DNA of 64,000 nt from assembly GCA_951813565.1 (NCBI GenBank), contig OX638351.1, positions 288,001-352,000 on the forward strand, in the 5' to 3' direction. Positions 60,971 to 64,000 of this stretch are shown here, piece by piece. This DNA is from an uncultured Poribacteria bacterium. GTDB lineage: Bacteria; Poribacteria; WGA-4E; WGA-3G. Position 1 is the first letter of the stretch. Each line of letters starts with the position of its first letter. The notes beneath the pieces were generated by a model. That model was not told where the DNA came from, made no database searches, and was given only the letters and a program-made list of their open reading frames with translations. A program made the translations under genes and the position numbers.

Positions 60971-61459
60971 TTAAACTTTCAAAGATGCACCAGGGTCGCC
61001 CCACTGATCTTTTTCACCCAAAAATTTTACCGATTTATCAATTTGAAGTTGACCATCTTCAGCCAAGGTAATCTTCACCCGTTCAAGTGGACGTGGCGCG
61101 GGTCCCTCATAGTTTATGCCATCTCGGTCAAAACCGCTACCATGACAAGGACACTTGAATTTACTCTCGGAACTAAGCCATCGGGGTGTACAGCCCAAAT
61201 GCGTACAGGTTGTTAGTAATGCGTAAAATACACCATCCTCACGCCGAACAATCCAAACGCCAAAAGGCTCTTTTTTATATTTCTCGCTAACACTACCTGC
61301 TGGATATTCTGCAGGAAAACCAGCTTTAAAGATAGACGACGGTTCATACAAAACACGCGGATAGAGATACCGTACTAACCCTGGACCAAAACATAATCCG
61401 AGTGCCGATGTAAAACTTCCCCAACCGAGAAATGTGAAAAATTTACGTCGAGATGACAT
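60971..61459 (-). CDS. Rieske iron-sulfur subunit of a quinol:cytochrome c oxidoreductase
   Basis: Tat-like SRRKFF, CTHLGC and CPCHGS boxes, GPAPRPL. Confidence 0.95.
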   Translation of the reverse strand: MSSRRKFFTFLGWGSFTSALGLCFGPGLVRYLYPRVLYEPSSIFKAGFPAEYPAGSVSEKYKKEPFGVWIVRREDGVFYALLTTCTHLGCTPRWLSSESKFKCPCHGSGFDRDGINYEGPAPRPLERVKITLAEDGQLQIDKSVKFLGEKDQWGDPGASLKV

Positions 61460-61553
61460 TCTGATTTCCTACCTAACCAAAGATTTTCATTATGCAAAAG
61501 TATAACACAATATAGGATTCTCTTGCATAAATTTTGTCCTTTTAAAATTGCTG

Positions 61554-61571
61554 CATCACGGATATCCGTGA
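61554..61571. promoter_or_regulatory. Candidate operator TCACGGATATCCGTGA, copy 2
   Basis: Perfect 16-bp palindrome at 61556-61571 upstream of the Rieske gene. Confidence 0.6.
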
Positions 61572-62001
61572 ATTTCAGAGTGTTGAAAGTTGAGTGAAAT
61601 GACTGTGCCAAACCGTCTCATGCACAAAAAAATTGCATAGGCGTCAATTCAGTGATAGATATTCTTGTAGGAGGACTTTGTCCGCCCAATATAATCGCGG
61701 TTGAAAACCGCTCCCACAAAGAAACTTACCAATTACCACCACCTTGTATAAATCCGATGTGGTTAGGAAACCACATCTACCTGGGTGGAGTCCACTAAAT
61801 TGAAACCTATGAGTTTCGCCTCAATCCACTCAACCTTTGGTCAGCGGCTCATCATGCATCAGGTACAAAAAAAGGGACAGGCACAAGTACCTGTCCCTAC
61901 TATAGAATAAATCCAAACATTGACGACTACAAACATTCATTTGGTGAATTATCATAAACAATCTGACACGAGAAAGATCAACTTAACAACCAAAAATAAC
62001 T

Positions 62002-63999
62002 CTAACGAATAATCTTCACATTGATAATAGGACTATCCTGCTCAAAAGCCTTACCATTGATCACCGCTGTGGCACGGAATTTAACTTGGTAAGTTTTGGG
62101 TTCTAATGAACTGAGTGCCTCAAGATTAACCTCAACGTCACTTTCGTTAATAGGAATTGTTGCCTCAGGAACAGTTATGCCTTCAGGGACCGTTATCGGC
62201 TTGATAGTAACGAAATCAGTAAAACTCCCTCGCCGAACAACGCTCATTGTAAGTTTAGCGGATTTTTTTATCGGTTCACTTTTTTCCGTTGGCTCATCTG
62301 CTTGTTCAGTATTTTCTGTTGGACTTGGATTAGAGGCAGCGACAGTCTCACCTTCACCTGCAACCGCTATAGGAGGAGTTTCACCTGCTGTCTTTGGAAA
62401 AACAATACTAAACCTTAATGGCTCAATCGTAACAATAAATGGCGCTTCAAAAACTGTCAGAGGAATAGCAGGGGTTGATTCGGTGAAACTTTCCCGATTG
62501 ATATTTGCTGTTCCACTAACGGAAATATAGCTTGTACCGGGGGTAGGAACAACAGAAAATTGTTCACGCCGTTCTACAGTGCCAGCACGGAGCGAAATCA
62601 CTGCACTATTTTTTCCTGCTGGAATTGTGGCTTTTCCACCTGTAATACGCACTGGCATTCCCTGTACCGTAAGACCTATAGGTCCGTTAAAACCGTCTCT
62701 ACGATCAGCTATCACGTGAAAATTCGTGGATTTGTTGTGAACCACATTTAAGTCAACATCTGCAAATGAGAGTGTAAATGGTGGTGCTTCCATCACTGTC
62801 AGGAGAATTTCTTGTGGTGACGCAGTTGCTTCTATACGATTACCACCAATTGCACCAACGCCAACGATAGAAAATGGATGGAGCCCGAGTGCTGCATCCG
62901 TAGGTGCAGTTATCGTCAACAACGTTTGATTCTGACCAGCATAAAGGATTGTGGGACTCACCACGAATCCTTTGGGTAAATCCGGAGAGTAGAAGCGGAG
63001 CGCTCCATTAAATCCGTCAACCCGCGCGGCAGAAACCGTCAACATCAATGTACCGCCTCTGCTGATGCGAGGATTATCAGTACTGACGTTTAAGCGAAAA
63101 CTTGGATTAAGTGGGCGCACAGTGAGCCTGTAAGGATAATCCGCTCCACCTGCGTTATTCAAGTCGCGTACTGAAATACCATAATCGCCTGCTTCTGGGA
63201 ACGTAAATGCAACAATCGCATCTGTTCCGCTCGCATCATCATTGACACTTAGGACCTGTTCTTCAATGCTATCTTCCGCTTCTCCTTTTTTATGTGAATA
63301 TATGGTCAGCAGCGGATCCAACTGTGAACGAAATTCGCGCGCTTTAACTTCAAAAACGAAACGTGTCCCTTTTTCTACTTTGATGGAAAACCGATCGACG
63401 TCCTCGGCTTTCTCTATTTTACCATTTACTGTGATCGGTGTTCCGATTTTGTTTTCTTCTGCTAAAGCGTTATTCGGTTCTGTTTCATTTGTCTCGTTAA
63501 ATTCACCTATTGCAAATGGATAGGGATTCGTTTCTAAACCGTTTGGTGTACTGACTCGCAGCTCTTGAATTCCGAGCGTCGCATTTGGCGAAATATCAAG
63601 TTGGATTGTATTCACAGAACCTAAATTTGTTCCTGCAACATTAACATTGTTTGCAGCACCGCGTTTTCCACCCAGTGGGAAAACACTTTGCAGATATGGT
63701 AACTCGCCTATACTCAACCGATATAAGTAATTTCCACCACCTTGGTAGCGGATGTCGCGTAGGTAAAGTGTATATTCCCCTTCCTGTTCAGTTGTAAAAT
63801 CAATAAACGAATCCAATCCGTTTCCATCTCCGCTTTTCGCCACCTCAGTTCCATTTGGGTCAAATAGTTCAATATAGGAATCTAAAGGGGAACCCATGCG
63901 TTGTGCGTTTATATCACAAATAAGACGCGCGCCTTTTTTGAGTTTAAAACGGAACATATCAACATCATCAATTGATGCAACCACACCGTTTACAGTAAC
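62002..63999 (-). CDS. Large protein with pre-peptidase C-terminal (PPC)-like beta domains (5' partial)
   Basis: DVD.F.F motifs, AQRMGSPLD, YRLSIG, FPLGG..G, ETEPNN; frame is open to the window edge. Confidence 0.75.
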   Translation of the reverse strand, partial: VTVNGVVASIDDVDMFRFKLKKGARLICDINAQRMGSPLDSYIELFDPNGTEVAKSGDGNGLDSFIDFTTEQEGEYTLYLRDIRYQGGGNYLYRLSIGELPYLQSVFPLGGKRGAANNVNVAGTNLGSVNTIQLDISPNATLGIQELRVSTPNGLETNPYPFAIGEFNETNETEPNNALAEENKIGTPITVNGKIEKAEDVDRFSIKVEKGTRFVFEVKAREFRSQLDPLLTIYSHKKGEAEDSIEEQVLSVNDDASGTDAIVAFTFPEAGDYGISVRDLNNAGGADYPYRLTVRPLNPSFRLNVSTDNPRISRGGTLMLTVSAARVDGFNGALRFYSPDLPKGFVVSPTILYAGQNQTLLTITAPTDAALGLHPFSIVGVGAIGGNRIEATASPQEILLTVMEAPPFTLSFADVDLNVVHNKSTNFHVIADRRDGFNGPIGLTVQGMPVRITGGKATIPAGKNSAVISLRAGTVERREQFSVVPTPGTSYISVSGTANINRESFTESTPAIPLTVFEAPFIVTIEPLRFSIVFPKTAGETPPIAVAGEGETVAASNPSPTENTEQADEPTEKSEPIKKSAKLTMSVVRRGSFTDFVTIKPITVPEGITVPEATIPINESDVEVNLEALSSLEPKTYQVKFRATAVINGKAFEQDSPIINVKIIR

Positions 64000-64000
64000 A

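Noticed and set aside
61621..61637. NtrC-like site TGCAC-N7-TTGCA
   Set aside because: Single weak match with no sigma54 -24/-12 element recognised nearby.

Overview
Bacterial chromosomal window of moderate-to-low GC with no rRNA, tRNA or CRISPR array seen. The gene content (Uma2 endonucleases, a phytanoyl-CoA dioxygenase, PQQ-like propellers, dense REP/MITE-filled intergenic DNA) suggests a Ca. Poribacteria-like organism, but that is inference only. Left part (1-24 kb): housekeeping and sulfur genes, including a tandem rhodanese whose catalytic Cys codon is an in-frame TGA (probable selenoprotein), moeA and acs. It also has a NACHT NTPase next to a decayed DNA methyltransferase, and an Rrf2/CymR-cysK-cysH-sulfur carrier-JAMM/NIL operon. 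Right part (24-61.5 kb): about 37 kb of co-oriented minus-strand genes forming a respiratory supercluster. It contains a Rieske/cytochrome b6/subunit IV complex with an octaheme cytochrome, a stand-alone CydA-like (bd-like) oxidase subunit with three c-type cytochromes and two amicyanin-loop cupredoxin-like proteins, and a complete A1 heme-copper oxidase with assembly genes. Downstream is a putative maturation module in which four different proteins carry six copies of the small PCP_red (BchB C-terminal) domain: a USP-rubredoxin fusion, a Zn-ribbon protein, a NirJ/Ahb-like radical SAM enzyme and a coiled-coil protein, with an Mrp/ApbC gene among them. A perfect palindrome (CACGGATATCCGTG) lies upstream of two units of the cluster at positions one helical turn apart. 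The intergenic DNA holds nested MITEs and a 33-bp hairpin element that inserts at GTG^GGA inside REPs.
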